A DNA stretch of 64,000 nucleotides from the IMG/VR virus record IMGVR_UViG_3300033233_000005. One strand, written 5' to 3'. The number at the start of each line of letters is the position of its first letter. Positions within the stretch are counted from its first letter, which is position 1. A model generated the notes under the pieces. The model did not search any database, was not told the origin of the DNA, and saw only the letters and a list, made by a program, of their open reading frames with translations. The position numbers and the translations under genes are program-made. Shown piece after piece: positions 39,066 to 47,893 of the stretch. This DNA comes from a virus (Duplodnaviria; Heunggongvirae; Uroviricota; Caudoviricetes).

Positions 39066-40361
39066 ATGTCTGATAACGACAAGCTAGGCCAGATCCTGTT
39101 CCGTATCATACGTGACAACAAGCATATGATCGGACCTCTGGCATATACCAAAAAGATCGAGAATGATCAGATGGAATCCGCCACACGTCTGCGTGGGGAA
39201 TCGCTCGAATATAACCCGGAGAAGCTGCTCGGCATGGACGATGAATGTGTGCCGCAGATGCTCGGGGAAATTGTGCATCTGGCCCTGTTTCACCCTGATC
39301 GGAAGAGGATCATTACCGGTAACATGAAGCAGTATGATGCCGTAGCTGACCTCGCGGCTGATCTGGCGACGTATCACCCTCTATCTAAGAGCGGTAAGTT
39401 CGTGCAGCCAAAGGATCTGGGATTGGATGAGGGGAAGTCGTTTGAAGAATACTTCAAGCTCCTGATGGATAAGATCGACAAGAAGGGTATCGACCTGACC
39501 AAGCTTGGTCAGCAGCAAGGCCAGAGTCAGGGTCAAGGACAAGGTGGCCAGGGCGGGCAGGGTCAGGGTCAACAGGGACAGCAACCGGGGCAGAGTGGTG
39601 GGAATCAACAGCCGAAGGGTCAAGATCCAATGCAGGACCTACTCAATAAGCTGGGGGTAAAGGGTAAAGATCCGCAGGACCATTCGCAGTGGGGGTCCGT
39701 ATCTCAGTCCACCCAACAGCTGGCTCAGCAAGCGATGATCAACGCTCTGAATCGGAATCGGGGAGAACTACCCGGTGAATTGAAACGTCTACTGGACAGC
39801 CTGGAGAAGGATATGCAGCCCAAGTGGTATCAGAAGCTGCGTAACCTCGTGGGCACCAAGATCGCGTCTGACAAGTTCCGGCGTACGATGAAGAAGCCGT
39901 CCCGTCGGATGGGCATACCCTATCCGGGCCGGGTCCGCATGAAGCGGGGGTCTATCATCATCGCGATCGACACCAGTGGATCTATTTCGGATCACGAACT
40001 GGCGGTGTTCCTACACGACGTCAAGGAAATCTGTGACGTGCATCAGGCACCGTTTGAAGTGATCGCATGTGACGCAGCGGTACATCAGGTAGCCCGGATC
40101 GCCAGCAAGGCCAAGATCGAGGATTTCGTGAAGGAGCTAAAGGGCGGAGGCGGTACGTCTCACGTCCCGGTGTTCAAGTACATCGAGAAGGAACGCAAGC
40201 GGCCAGACCTGCTGATCGCCTTCACCGATCTGTACACGGAGTTTCCCAGTGAAGCTCCGCCCTATAAAGTGATCTGGGCGGTTATCGGGGATCAGGGTAA
40301 GGAAGGAACAAAGGTCCCATTCGGGGAAGTGTTCCCTGTCGAGCTAGAAGAAGAGAAGTAA
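39066..40361 (+). CDS. von Willebrand factor A (vWA) domain protein with Gly/Gln low-complexity linker
   Basis: MIDAS IIIAIDTSGSISD; partner of the upstream MoxR-like ATPase (CobT/NorD-like arrangement). Confidence 0.75.
   Translation: MSDNDKLGQILFRIIRDNKHMIGPLAYTKKIENDQMESATRLRGESLEYNPEKLLGMDDECVPQMLGEIVHLALFHPDRKRIITGNMKQYDAVADLAADLATYHPLSKSGKFVQPKDLGLDEGKSFEEYFKLLMDKIDKKGIDLTKLGQQQGQSQGQGQGGQGGQGQGQQGQQPGQSGGNQQPKGQDPMQDLLNKLGVKGKDPQDHSQWGSVSQSTQQLAQQAMINALNRNRGELPGELKRLLDSLEKDMQPKWYQKLRNLVGTKIASDKFRRTMKKPSRRMGIPYPGRVRMKRGSIIIAIDTSGSISDHELAVFLHDVKEICDVHQAPFEVIACDAAVHQVARIASKAKIEDFVKELKGGGGTSHVPVFKYIEKERKRPDLLIAFTDLYTEFPSEAPPYKVIWAVIGDQGKEGTKVPFGEVFPVELEEEK
39508..39625 (+). repeat. GQ-rich low-complexity coding repeat
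   Basis: GQQQGQSQGQGQGGQGGQGQGQQGQQPGQSGGNQQ. Confidence 0.7.
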
Positions 40362-40362
40362 G

Positions 40363-40935
40363 ATGAACGGCGTATACACCGCTTATAATAGGGTGTATGT
40401 TGTCAATGGATCGGAGGCGTGGCACGTGACGGGCGTGAATGCTATCACGTCCACCCTCCGGTTGTTGAAGTGGCCGGGTATAGCTCAGGTTGATGTAGAT
40501 GGTCTAATCAAACGGGCTGCCGACAAGCCAGTAAACGAAGATACATATGGGATGAAGGCTACCAATGGCGGTATGCTGCCGATCAAGCACACCTTTACTG
40601 CCGCTGAATTAGCCAAGCACATACTAGACGATATGCGTGGACGTAGTGGATACGCATTCCCGATTGGTGAAACGCATATCACAGTATTTGCCGGATTTCC
40701 GTGTATCTATGACGATCTATCTACGTACAGATATTACATTGGTAGTAAAGTGCATAGATTCATGAAGAGCAGGGTTAATGCAAGAACGACTGTGGACACG
40801 ATCTACCTATCCGCATACGGACGGGTACTGGTGCCTCTTAAGACGGTGATTAAACGGCTTAAAGACAACATCAACATATTCAACGACCCGCTGGCAGTAG
40901 TAACCGACGGTAAGAAATCCGTCATCACCGTATAA
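40363..40935 (+). CDS. DPLA-tail family protein
   Basis: ...NINIFNDPLAVVTDGKK. Confidence 0.5.
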   Translation: MNGVYTAYNRVYVVNGSEAWHVTGVNAITSTLRLLKWPGIAQVDVDGLIKRAADKPVNEDTYGMKATNGGMLPIKHTFTAAELAKHILDDMRGRSGYAFPIGETHITVFAGFPCIYDDLSTYRYYIGSKVHRFMKSRVNARTTVDTIYLSAYGRVLVPLKTVIKRLKDNINIFNDPLAVVTDGKKSVITV

Positions 40936-40950
40936 AGGAGGTATACAGTC

Positions 40951-41682
40951 GTGGGAGCATTGAATTGGCTGCTGATCGTTCGGGATTTAAGAGGATACCG
41001 TGTGGTCAACGCGCTAGAATACGATGGGGCCGTGTTCCTGGTTGATGGTGGGGATAAAATTGGTAAGCAAGCCGCGTTCATCGCTGACCAGAGTAATATC
41101 ATGCTGATGGCCCAGGGACAGCCGATGCGACCGCCCGAGGATATGTATCTGTTGCCCTTAGAGCCAGCCCCTATGATAAAGATGATGGAGAATTATGGGT
41201 TTGGATTAGACCACGAACTCAGAATTCGGCGGCGGATGCAGAATCCCTGGATGGCGATCAAGGCTGGCCATATCGCACCGATTGTCATGGCGCACGTGAC
41301 CTATAACGAGAAGAATGGCAAGAATCCGGAGAGCCAGCCGCTCAATCTACTGTGGCACGATGAGGCACAGAAGATCGCCATGCTGATCGGGGAAGACCTG
41401 TTTGCCCTGCCTGAGGCTCAGAATGAAATCGGGCATATCAACCTATACGATAACAAGCAGGTGGTCCTGACGTTCCAGGATTATCACATCGTGCCCAAGA
41501 ACTCCAATGTCGGTACCATGATTAAATTCCTAAAAGTTGACCAGACCGGAGCCGATTCGGTGCAAGAATTATGTGGTAAGGATAAGTTCCTGACGGAAGA
41601 TGGCATCCTGCTCAAGCGCGGGGACGCGAAGTTGTCCATGGCCAACCTTAGTATAGACGATTTCCTGAGTGGAGGTGCATAA
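40951..41682 (+). CDS. hypothetical protein
   Basis: GTG after AAGGAGG. Confidence 0.5.
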   Translation: MGALNWLLIVRDLRGYRVVNALEYDGAVFLVDGGDKIGKQAAFIADQSNIMLMAQGQPMRPPEDMYLLPLEPAPMIKMMENYGFGLDHELRIRRRMQNPWMAIKAGHIAPIVMAHVTYNEKNGKNPESQPLNLLWHDEAQKIAMLIGEDLFALPEAQNEIGHINLYDNKQVVLTFQDYHIVPKNSNVGTMIKFLKVDQTGADSVQELCGKDKFLTEDGILLKRGDAKLSMANLSIDDFLSGGA

Positions 41683-42287
41683 TGCATAGAGGAACGCCTC
41701 TACTCGATCTCTCATCCAAATATATCTGTGTATATCATGCCGATGCCGACCCAGATTATAATGCGCCAAGGGCATGGGTATATACCCCATCTGAATCTGA
41801 CCTTCTGGTGGCTAAGCACATAAGCAATCTGCGATTATTGAACGGACAACCTTTTGAGCCGACTAGTCTAGTAACTTTATCTTGGGAAGCGATACAACCA
41901 TACGAATTGTATGTACACAATGATGCGCGTTATCAGCACATGTACGTTGAACAGGATAATACTAAGGTATTCAGCATCATGGAAGACTCAAATGATTGGG
42001 GTGCTTTAATAGGAGCAGATCATGTTAGGGTAGAATTGAATAGAAAATTACCATCTGAATGCCTAATCAACAGCATGGGTGGAATGATCAAGAAGGATAT
42101 GTATGTCAGAATGCGCCCTGGATTCCAAGTGGTCATCAGACCGGTTAGACAAACCGATCGAAATGACCATGTATGGCTGAAATATAATCCTGGTCAGAAT
42201 CCACAGGATTGGTCCCATGTAGCTAAGCAGAACATCAATAATATACTCAATGCCTACAACGAATTCGCCAGACAACACCCTGAGTAA
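41682..42287 (+). CDS. HRGTP-family paralog 1
   Basis: MHRGTPLL...LLNGQPFEPTSLV; paralogs at 42979, 43730, 63365. Confidence 0.5.
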   Translation: MHRGTPLLDLSSKYICVYHADADPDYNAPRAWVYTPSESDLLVAKHISNLRLLNGQPFEPTSLVTLSWEAIQPYELYVHNDARYQHMYVEQDNTKVFSIMEDSNDWGALIGADHVRVELNRKLPSECLINSMGGMIKKDMYVRMRPGFQVVIRPVRQTDRNDHVWLKYNPGQNPQDWSHVAKQNINNILNAYNEFARQHPE

Positions 42288-42296
42288 GGAGATAAT

Positions 42297-42659
42297 ATGA
42301 ACAGGAAGAAGGGTGAATCCGGTTTCACCTTGATTGAGACAATGATCGTTATCACGGTCATTGGGATTATAACTGCGCTGGCATTGCCTAAGTTTAAATA
42401 TCTGCTTGAACGAGCCAGGATCGCTCAGGCCAAGGAAAATGGCACCTATGTGCCACAACCTTCACCGCGTACTGAACCGTATGTAGAACGACCAAACGGG
42501 TCGTCCGTGTCTAATATAGATCAAACAGAACGCGATAGGTTAGCTAGAGCCATTTATATCGCCATCGTAGCCAAACACGATGGGTGGATTAGCGATGGCC
42601 GTGCACAGAGATACAAGGAACTGGCTTACGCAGCAGCGGATGCGTATTTAACCCCGTAG
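42297..42659 (+). CDS. type IV pilin-like protein (prepilin N-terminal motif)
   Basis: KKGESGFTLIETMIVITVIGIITALA matches the G/FTLIE class III signal plus hydrophobic helix. Confidence 0.6.
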   Translation: MNRKKGESGFTLIETMIVITVIGIITALALPKFKYLLERARIAQAKENGTYVPQPSPRTEPYVERPNGSSVSNIDQTERDRLARAIYIAIVAKHDGWISDGRAQRYKELAYAAADAYLTP

Positions 42660-43055
42660 ATGTGGTATAATCTCACGCTTGTAAATCAGGGATATGAACG
42701 TATCCGGGTGATCAGAAACAGGCGGGAGATATTCAGGGGAGCGGTTCCCGCTGGATTTTCTATGGAGCTTACCATCGGGGATGTAGTAGCAATGCATATT
42801 CCCAAAAGGGGTTGGATAAGGAAGTTTAAGATCATAATATGGCACAACCTACCACATATTCGATTCGGTAGTGCTTTTGCCATTGGCAATTTGCACATTA
42901 GCCTGGACAAATTACCTCACATTCCTGGGACTACATGGGGTGGAAAATTAAGAAAGACAGTAAAGACAGGAGGCACACATGCACCGAGGTACGCCAGTAC
43001 TGATGGACGGGGATCGCCTGTACATCTATCACAAGGGCGGCACAGAAGGGTCTGA
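42660..43055 (+). CDS. hypothetical protein
   Basis: TAGATG; overlaps the next gene by 77 nt. Confidence 0.3.
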   Translation: MWYNLTLVNQGYERIRVIRNRREIFRGAVPAGFSMELTIGDVVAMHIPKRGWIRKFKIIIWHNLPHIRFGSAFAIGNLHISLDKLPHIPGTTWGGKLRKTVKTGGTHAPRYASTDGRGSPVHLSQGRHRRV

Positions 43056-43602
43056 CCGTCTCAAGTTTTTCAATGTCTCTAGTGGTGAGATTCAAGTCAA
43101 GATCAAGTCTGCTTGGGCCATCCACACTATTGATGGGAAAGATTTCGATCCAGCATCTATGATCAGCTACGATTGGCATAAAGTGCTGCCACCTGACATG
43201 TATCTAAGGGAATTGAATGTCACGCATGTAGGAAAGGTAGCAGAGAGATCCAAATACCTGCACCTATTGCGCATGGCACCGATTGACTGGCCACGTAAGG
43301 GGAAACGCAAGGAATTGGATACGGATGTGATAGCTACATGGGACCCGCTTCCGTGTTTATTCCATCCTGGTACTTCTCAGGTCATGGCCGATGGGTATTC
43401 CATAGATGACAGCTACAGAGGTGCCGATATCAACGGGTATGATCAAGACGACATCAAAGGTACCATGACTTTTGATCCCAAGCTGACAGTCCAGAAATGG
43501 CAAATTGATACGGTAAAAGCGATAGAAGCTGCCCTAGCCAAATACGAACGTAAAGTCTCTGGTGTAGGCGAGAAGAATACGATTCAATTTAAGGAAGAGT
43601 AG
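42979..43602 (+). CDS. HRGTP-family paralog 2
   Basis: GGAGG RBS; MHRGTPVL...IDGKDFDPASMI...KWQIDTVKAIEAALAKYE. Confidence 0.55.
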   Translation: MHRGTPVLMDGDRLYIYHKGGTEGSDRLKFFNVSSGEIQVKIKSAWAIHTIDGKDFDPASMISYDWHKVLPPDMYLRELNVTHVGKVAERSKYLHLLRMAPIDWPRKGKRKELDTDVIATWDPLPCLFHPGTSQVMADGYSIDDSYRGADINGYDQDDIKGTMTFDPKLTVQKWQIDTVKAIEAALAKYERKVSGVGEKNTIQFKEE

Positions 43603-43729
43603 TATAAAGCGCCGTGGAGGTCCGGAAGTGGCGACACTCCGGGGGCAGGGAAGTCTCCGGCCTGAGTAGCCTCCCGGCGCTATGTCATAATGATGAATAT
43701 CTATCCATCTATCAAACAGGAGAGAACGC
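43603..43729 (+). ncRNA. candidate structured RNA / regulatory leader
   Basis: GTATAAAGC followed by nested inverted repeats (AGCGCCGTGGAGG...CCTCCCGGCGCT; CCGGAAGTG-GCGA-CACTCCGG). Confidence 0.3.
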
Positions 43730-44440
43730 ATGAGTGAAATAGCGGACATGATAGCCACAATCAGAGAAAATATCGACAGGAATAAACAGTGGACCGACAA
43801 CAATGTAAAAAGGAGGAAGACCCAAGTGATCCCAGGCACTCCGTTGGTACACAGTACTGATAGACAGGGGATGATCCTGGCTATCTATCATCGTACGATA
43901 GAAGGCGATTCTAGCTATCCCCACTGCTGCTATGTCCCATCAATACACAAGTGCATTAACATACCTACCGGATCACTTAAATTGCTTAATGGGACTAGAT
44001 TTGATCCAGGCAGCATGATCGATACTAGCTGGGAAACTATGGTTCCGAACGACATGCTGTTGCATCAGCATACTATCAGTGTGGTTAAGAACTGGCTTAA
44101 TAGGGCCAGATTAGCTAGCCTATTGGACCTACAAACTAGTCATTGGCACGACATGCTTATCGGTGAACGCAAGCCAGTTAGGTGCTTACTGCCTGTCGAT
44201 GCCGATACGTCCGGTGCTCTAAGAAATGGGTTGTATATAGTTGGTGGAGAAGATAAAATAGAAGTGACTAGAGCATTAGCCGAATACCAGTATGCAGTAG
44301 AGTACGACCCCGGTGTTACAAAACAAAAATGGCAGGTGGATACGATGGCTGGAATACAAGCTGCCATATCCGAATATGATAATCACGTCCGGGTGGCTAA
44401 GGAGATCAGTCTTGCCGCGAGAGAAACAGAAACATCCTAA
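43730..44440 (+). CDS. HRGTP-family paralog 3
   Basis: VIPGTPLVH...LLNGTRFDPGSMI...KWQVDTMAGIQAAISEYD. Confidence 0.5.
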   Translation: MSEIADMIATIRENIDRNKQWTDNNVKRRKTQVIPGTPLVHSTDRQGMILAIYHRTIEGDSSYPHCCYVPSIHKCINIPTGSLKLLNGTRFDPGSMIDTSWETMVPNDMLLHQHTISVVKNWLNRARLASLLDLQTSHWHDMLIGERKPVRCLLPVDADTSGALRNGLYIVGGEDKIEVTRALAEYQYAVEYDPGVTKQKWQVDTMAGIQAAISEYDNHVRVAKEISLAARETETS

Positions 44441-44477
44441 GGTACAATACATACAGTTGGATTCTAGGGATGCGGCT

Positions 44478-44666
44478 ATGGCGTTTCCCTATAATGGATT
44501 ATATGGGGTAAAAAGGATGCGGACACGGGCTGTGATAAGTGTAGGAGAGGCCGCATATATAGTGGATTACGCTGATTTGCATGACCCGCTAATAAGCGAA
44601 ATCAAGAACGACACAACCTTCGTAGAAGCCATAGTGGATGAGCTTTTACACAGGAGGACCAAGTGA
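44478..44666 (+). CDS. hypothetical small protein
   Basis: in-frame ATG after upstream stop. Confidence 0.35.
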   Translation: MAFPYNGLYGVKRMRTRAVISVGEAAYIVDYADLHDPLISEIKNDTTFVEAIVDELLHRRTK

Positions 44667-44962
44667 GTACCGCTACTTTGTCGAAGGAAGAGGCTATCAG
44701 TAAGCTCAAGGGACTGCTGGAAGCCAACGAGAAGGATGCCAATAGGGTACAATATACATATAAGTCTGTCGGTAGTAAGATGAAAGCATTGACCGACCTA
44801 CGTATGGAAAAAGAATTTATTGAGCATGAGTTGGAGATACTTGGCTGGGTGGACGACCGCATTGAAAAGAGTGAGAAACTGGGTACTATTATAAAGCCCA
44901 AAGACGACGGCGGCGAAGCTGGCGGAGGGGATGATACCCATAAGGAGCCCGTTCTAGTCTAA
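44663..44962 (+). CDS. hypothetical coiled-coil protein
   Basis: GTGA-coupled. Confidence 0.5.
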   Translation: MSTATLSKEEAISKLKGLLEANEKDANRVQYTYKSVGSKMKALTDLRMEKEFIEHELEILGWVDDRIEKSEKLGTIIKPKDDGGEAGGGDDTHKEPVLV

Positions 44963-44973
44963 TTGTTCGCGGC

Positions 44974-45003
44974 GTATAAAACAAGAATAGCAAAGCAAAG
45001 GAG
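44974..45003 (+). promoter_or_regulatory. GTATAAAAC ... GCAAAGGAGG element
   Basis: same motif family upstream of 45016. Confidence 0.4.
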
Positions 45004-45015
45004 GCCAAGAACACG

Positions 45016-45573
45016 ATGCATCCAACTGAGCAATTGATATTCGATTTTGTTAAAGCCCACCCAGCCATGACACACAAGGACCAGTATAAGGCACTAAAGG
45101 GGAAGGGGATTAAATTCAACAGCAATCTGTTGAGCAAGTGCAGGAAGGCATTAGGGACGGCTGGCCCTTCCAGAAAGAAGAAAAAGCCAGTTTTGTATAC
45201 TTCCCAGCACAAGCAGCACACAGACCAGAATGTGCCTACTCTGGTAGATATAGCGCAGGCAGCTGTCATCTCCAATACCAGCAGGAGTCTAATATTCTCC
45301 CGTATCAAGGATGGCACATTGAAGGTAGCTGGTGCTCTTACCAGACGGGGTGGGAAGGCATATGCACTGCGCAAGGATGTGGTAGAGAAGTGGGCCGCGA
45401 CCTTACAGCAGAAAGTTAGTACCCCTACCAATCGCGCAAAGAAACAATTACGGCAGGCATTAAAGGAAGTAGCTACCCTAAAGGCTGCACTGGCTAAGGC
45501 CAATATTCCAGTGGAACCTGTAGTAAAGACGGGCGAGGCCGAGGGGGCACTTCCACACAGCGTCGAAGCATGA
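45016..45573 (+). CDS. putative HTH DNA-binding protein (excisionase/MerR-like turn)
   Basis: TATAAAAC...AAAGGAGG upstream; LVDIAQAAVISNTSRSLIFSRIKDGTLKV. Confidence 0.45.
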   Translation: MHPTEQLIFDFVKAHPAMTHKDQYKALKGKGIKFNSNLLSKCRKALGTAGPSRKKKKPVLYTSQHKQHTDQNVPTLVDIAQAAVISNTSRSLIFSRIKDGTLKVAGALTRRGGKAYALRKDVVEKWAATLQQKVSTPTNRAKKQLRQALKEVATLKAALAKANIPVEPVVKTGEAEGALPHSVEA

Positions 45574-45609
45574 TATACTGGTAAATTCGAAGGGAGAAGG
45601 AAGAGGATA

Positions 45610-45816
45610 ATGCCTACGTTAGAAATAAACGATTCAGAGGAAGTTCAGTACTTCGTATCCAGTACCTACGGGGTGCATATCCAGACCATGCCTAAGTGGG
45701 CTACACCAGAAATGCGCCTCAAATCTATCTATGGAGCAAGCCTAGTTGGATATCGATTAGCCACTCCAGCAGATGTTGACTGGGTAAAGGCCACAGGCGG
45801 GTTCGTTCCGAAGTAA
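45610..45816 (+). CDS. hypothetical protein
   Basis: RBS GGAAGAGG. Confidence 0.5.
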   Translation: MPTLEINDSEEVQYFVSSTYGVHIQTMPKWATPEMRLKSIYGASLVGYRLATPADVDWVKATGGFVPK

Positions 45817-45846
45817 GTCTGCTTGTGGTATAATAAAAAAGCAGAC

Positions 45847-45917
45847 GGGGCCATCGTCCAGTGGGAGGATGACGCCATGGCATGGCGTAGACGGGAGTTC
45901 AAATCTCCCTGGCTCCA
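45847..45917 (+). tRNA. tRNA-Ala (GGC)
   Basis: G3-U70 pair, anticodon loop ATGGCAT, T-arm GGGAG-TTCAAAT-CTCCC. Confidence 0.65.
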
Positions 45918-45931
45918 CAGTTTTATAAAAT

Positions 45932-46002
45932 GGGGGCGTGGTGAAGTAGGATCACAGATCCCTTGCAAGGATCAGTCGCGGGCGCACTTCCCGCCGTCTC
46001 CA
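45932..46002 (+). tRNA. tRNA-Ala (UGC)
   Basis: G3-U70, anticodon loop CTTGCAA; unusual T-loop CGCACTT. Confidence 0.55.
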
Positions 46003-46018
46003 GGTATAATTTAAAAAC

Positions 46019-46090
46019 GGGGCATTAGCTTAAATAGTAGAGCGGTACGTTCGCATCGTACAGGACCCGGAGCGTTACCGGGATGCTCCA
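46019..46090 (+). tRNA. tRNA-Ala (CGC)
   Basis: G3-U70, anticodon loop TTCGCAT; unusual T-loop AGCGTTA. Confidence 0.55.
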
Positions 46091-46100
46091 CGGTTTTATT

Positions 46101-46181
46101 GCGGGAGTGGTGGAACGGCAGACACATACGCTTGAGGTGCGTACGGGGAAACTCGTGAAGGTTCAACTCCTTTCTCCCGCA
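46101..46181 (+). tRNA. tRNA-Leu (GAG)
   Basis: class II, anticodon loop TTGAGGT, T-loop TTCAACT, A73. Confidence 0.75.
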
Positions 46182-46193
46182 GGTTTTATAAAT

Positions 46194-46273
46194 GCCGGGG
46201 TGCTGGAATTGGTATACAGGGTGGACTCAAAACCCACTGCGAAAGCGTGAGGGTTCAACTCCCTCCCCCGGTA
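46194..46273 (+). tRNA. tRNA-Leu (CAA)
   Basis: class II, anticodon loop CTCAAAA. Confidence 0.65.
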
Positions 46274-46290
46274 GGTTTGATACAAATGAT

Positions 46291-46373
46291 GCCCCGGTGG
46301 TGGAACTGGCAGACACGCTACGTTCAGGGCGTAGTGCGAAAGCGTGAGGGTTCAACTCCCTCCTGGGGCACCA
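46291..46373 (+). tRNA. tRNA-Leu (CAG)
   Basis: class II, anticodon loop TTCAGGG, CCA encoded. Confidence 0.7.
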
Positions 46374-46384
46374 GCATTATAAAT

Positions 46385-46466
46385 GGGAGCGTGGCGGAAC
46401 TGGCATACGCATTCGCCTTAAGAGCGAACGCCGCAAGGCTTGAGGGTTCAACTCCCTCCGCTCCCA
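46385..46466 (+). tRNA. tRNA-Leu (UAA)
   Basis: class II, anticodon loop CTTAAGA. Confidence 0.75.
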
Positions 46467-46482
46467 CGGTATAAATGACGTT

Positions 46483-46722
46483 ATGACAATAGAAATCGGC
46501 AAGATTAAAAGATGGTTCTCGGGGCTGTTTACCAGAATAACAAAATGGAAGTCGACAGAGTATACTAGTGTCCATAAATTAAATGGTAGAACCTTGGACC
46601 CGGATAGAGATTCTGCTATAATCGAAGAAATGAATAGGCATATTGATCATTTAGATAAGAGATTAGACGAAATGCATGACATGCTTGATGGCATCCCTAG
46701 AATGTCAAGTTTCTTTAAATAA
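46483..46722 (+). CDS. hypothetical protein inside the tRNA island
   Basis: 79 aa ORF. Confidence 0.45.
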   Translation: MTIEIGKIKRWFSGLFTRITKWKSTEYTSVHKLNGRTLDPDRDSAIIEEMNRHIDHLDKRLDEMHDMLDGIPRMSSFFK

Positions 46723-46724
46723 AT

Positions 46725-46809
46725 GCGCTTGTGGTGGAACTGGCAGACACGTTAGCCTTAGGAGCTAATGGGTAAAACCGTGGGGGTTCGAATCCCTCCA
46801 GGCGCACCA
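46725..46809 (+). tRNA. tRNA-Leu (UAG)
   Basis: class II, anticodon loop CTTAGGA, CCA encoded. Confidence 0.75.
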
Positions 46810-46815
46810 GGACTT

Positions 46816-47049
46816 ATGGATTTTATAGTTAATGCAGCAGTGCCTCGCAACAAGGTATATTTCACAACGGCACCGCATAAGATCACGATACCGGCCCACA
46901 TAGATGTAGAGGTTAAGGTCTTTGACAACGCGCCGTCATTACGATATACAATCACGGCATTTGAACAGATGGGTACGGGAATCTTTAATACAGGTATATT
47001 GCCACCTGATATCTATGGAGAAGAAGATGGGCACTGGGCGCTGGTATAA
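46816..47049 (+). CDS. hypothetical protein
   Basis: ATG 7 nt after the tRNA CCA. Confidence 0.4.
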   Translation: MDFIVNAAVPRNKVYFTTAPHKITIPAHIDVEVKVFDNAPSLRYTITAFEQMGTGIFNTGILPPDIYGEEDGHWALV

Positions 47050-47092
47050 AATCCTCAGCAATAAAACAGAATAAACAAAGCAGGAGGCTGAC

Positions 47093-47374
47093 ATGACCAT
47101 TTCTCAAGCTATCGGTTGGTTGAAGACCCTCAGGGAACGCCATACGGAGTTGGTGAACCTTCGGAATACCAACTCCCACCGTGAAGATCGGTTGTTCGGT
47201 GACAAGCAGACAATCAAGCGGGAACCGACTTATGACGTCAAGAAACTGGACAAGTTAGTCAATAAGGTAGCTATGGAAGTCCGCAAGCTGGACGAGGCTA
47301 TCAAGGAAACCAATGCTAAGACCGAGGTAATCGGTTTCAAGAAGGATGAGAACGCTCTCGGTCAGGTAGAATAA
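47093..47374 (+). CDS. hypothetical coiled-coil protein
   Basis: RBS AGGAGG. Confidence 0.5.
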   Translation: MTISQAIGWLKTLRERHTELVNLRNTNSHREDRLFGDKQTIKREPTYDVKKLDKLVNKVAMEVRKLDEAIKETNAKTEVIGFKKDENALGQVE

Positions 47375-47379
47375 ATCTA

Positions 47380-47740
47380 ATCCTACGGGAAAGGGTGGTG
47401 AACGGTCGGGGCTATAAACATAACGATCTCATACCTCACACTGCATTAACCGAGCCATGATATCAGCATGGCACAGTGTGGAGTTGGCATCTTAAAAACG
47501 AGTACGGCGGGGATGGGGCAGGATAGTCCGGTTGTTTGGACATGTCTCCGGACGATAAACTCTAAAGAAATGTAAATGTGAGGATACTCACTCCAAAATA
47601 TGGACATCCCTTACAGGATACCATTATTACTTGTTGCTGATTGGTGTAGTGGCTATATGCCCTTGATTGTTACCCTAGTTGATAGTTGGTAACATAACCC
47701 TCTTGCGACCTGTCCGTGCTCCTGGTATAATATACATAAT
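47380..47740 (+). ncRNA. candidate structured noncoding RNA
   Basis: no ORF; nested inverted repeats CACACTG..GCCATG-ATATCAG-CATGGC..CAGTGTG, GTCCGG..GACATGTC..CCGGAC, GTTACC..GGTAAC; ends at a TATAAT-like element before tRNA-Pro. Confidence 0.3.
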
Positions 47741-47817
47741 CGGGGTGTGGGTTAATGGGAGACCGCCTGCCTTGGGCGCAGGAGTTTGAGCAGGTTCGAT
47801 TCCTGCCACCCCGACCA
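47741..47817 (+). tRNA. tRNA-Pro (UGG)
   Basis: anticodon loop CTTGGGC, T-arm GCAGG-TTCGATT-CCTGC, CCA encoded. Confidence 0.7.
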
Positions 47818-47862
47818 GCTTTATTCTACACCGCTTCGCGCTTGGCGCGGGCGGCGAAGCTG

Positions 47863-47869
47863 TATAAAA
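47863..47869 (+). promoter_or_regulatory. TATAAAA in the loop of AAGCTG/CAGCTT hairpin
   Basis: GAAGCTG-TATAAAA-CAGCTTGCGG. Confidence 0.3.
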
Positions 47870-47893
47870 CAGCTTGCGGACAGCCACCTCGGC

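Noticed and set aside
45016-45573. Integrative or mobile element, suggested by the excisionase-like HTH protein near a tRNA cluster
   Set aside because: No integrase, transposase or attachment-site repeats are visible in the window. The HTH similarity is weak, so no mobile element is called.
45823-46575. Plus- and minus-strand ORFs 45823..46014, 46247..46474, 46324..46575, 50378..50560, 50481..50690
   Set aside because: They run straight through well-folded tRNA genes and have no RBS. They are spurious translations of tRNA sequence.
47380-47740. tmRNA or a missed tRNA in the 360-nt noncoding gap
   Set aside because: No tRNA-like acceptor/T-arm pair and no tag-peptide reading frame with a resume codon could be found by eye. 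It is left as an unclassified structured region.
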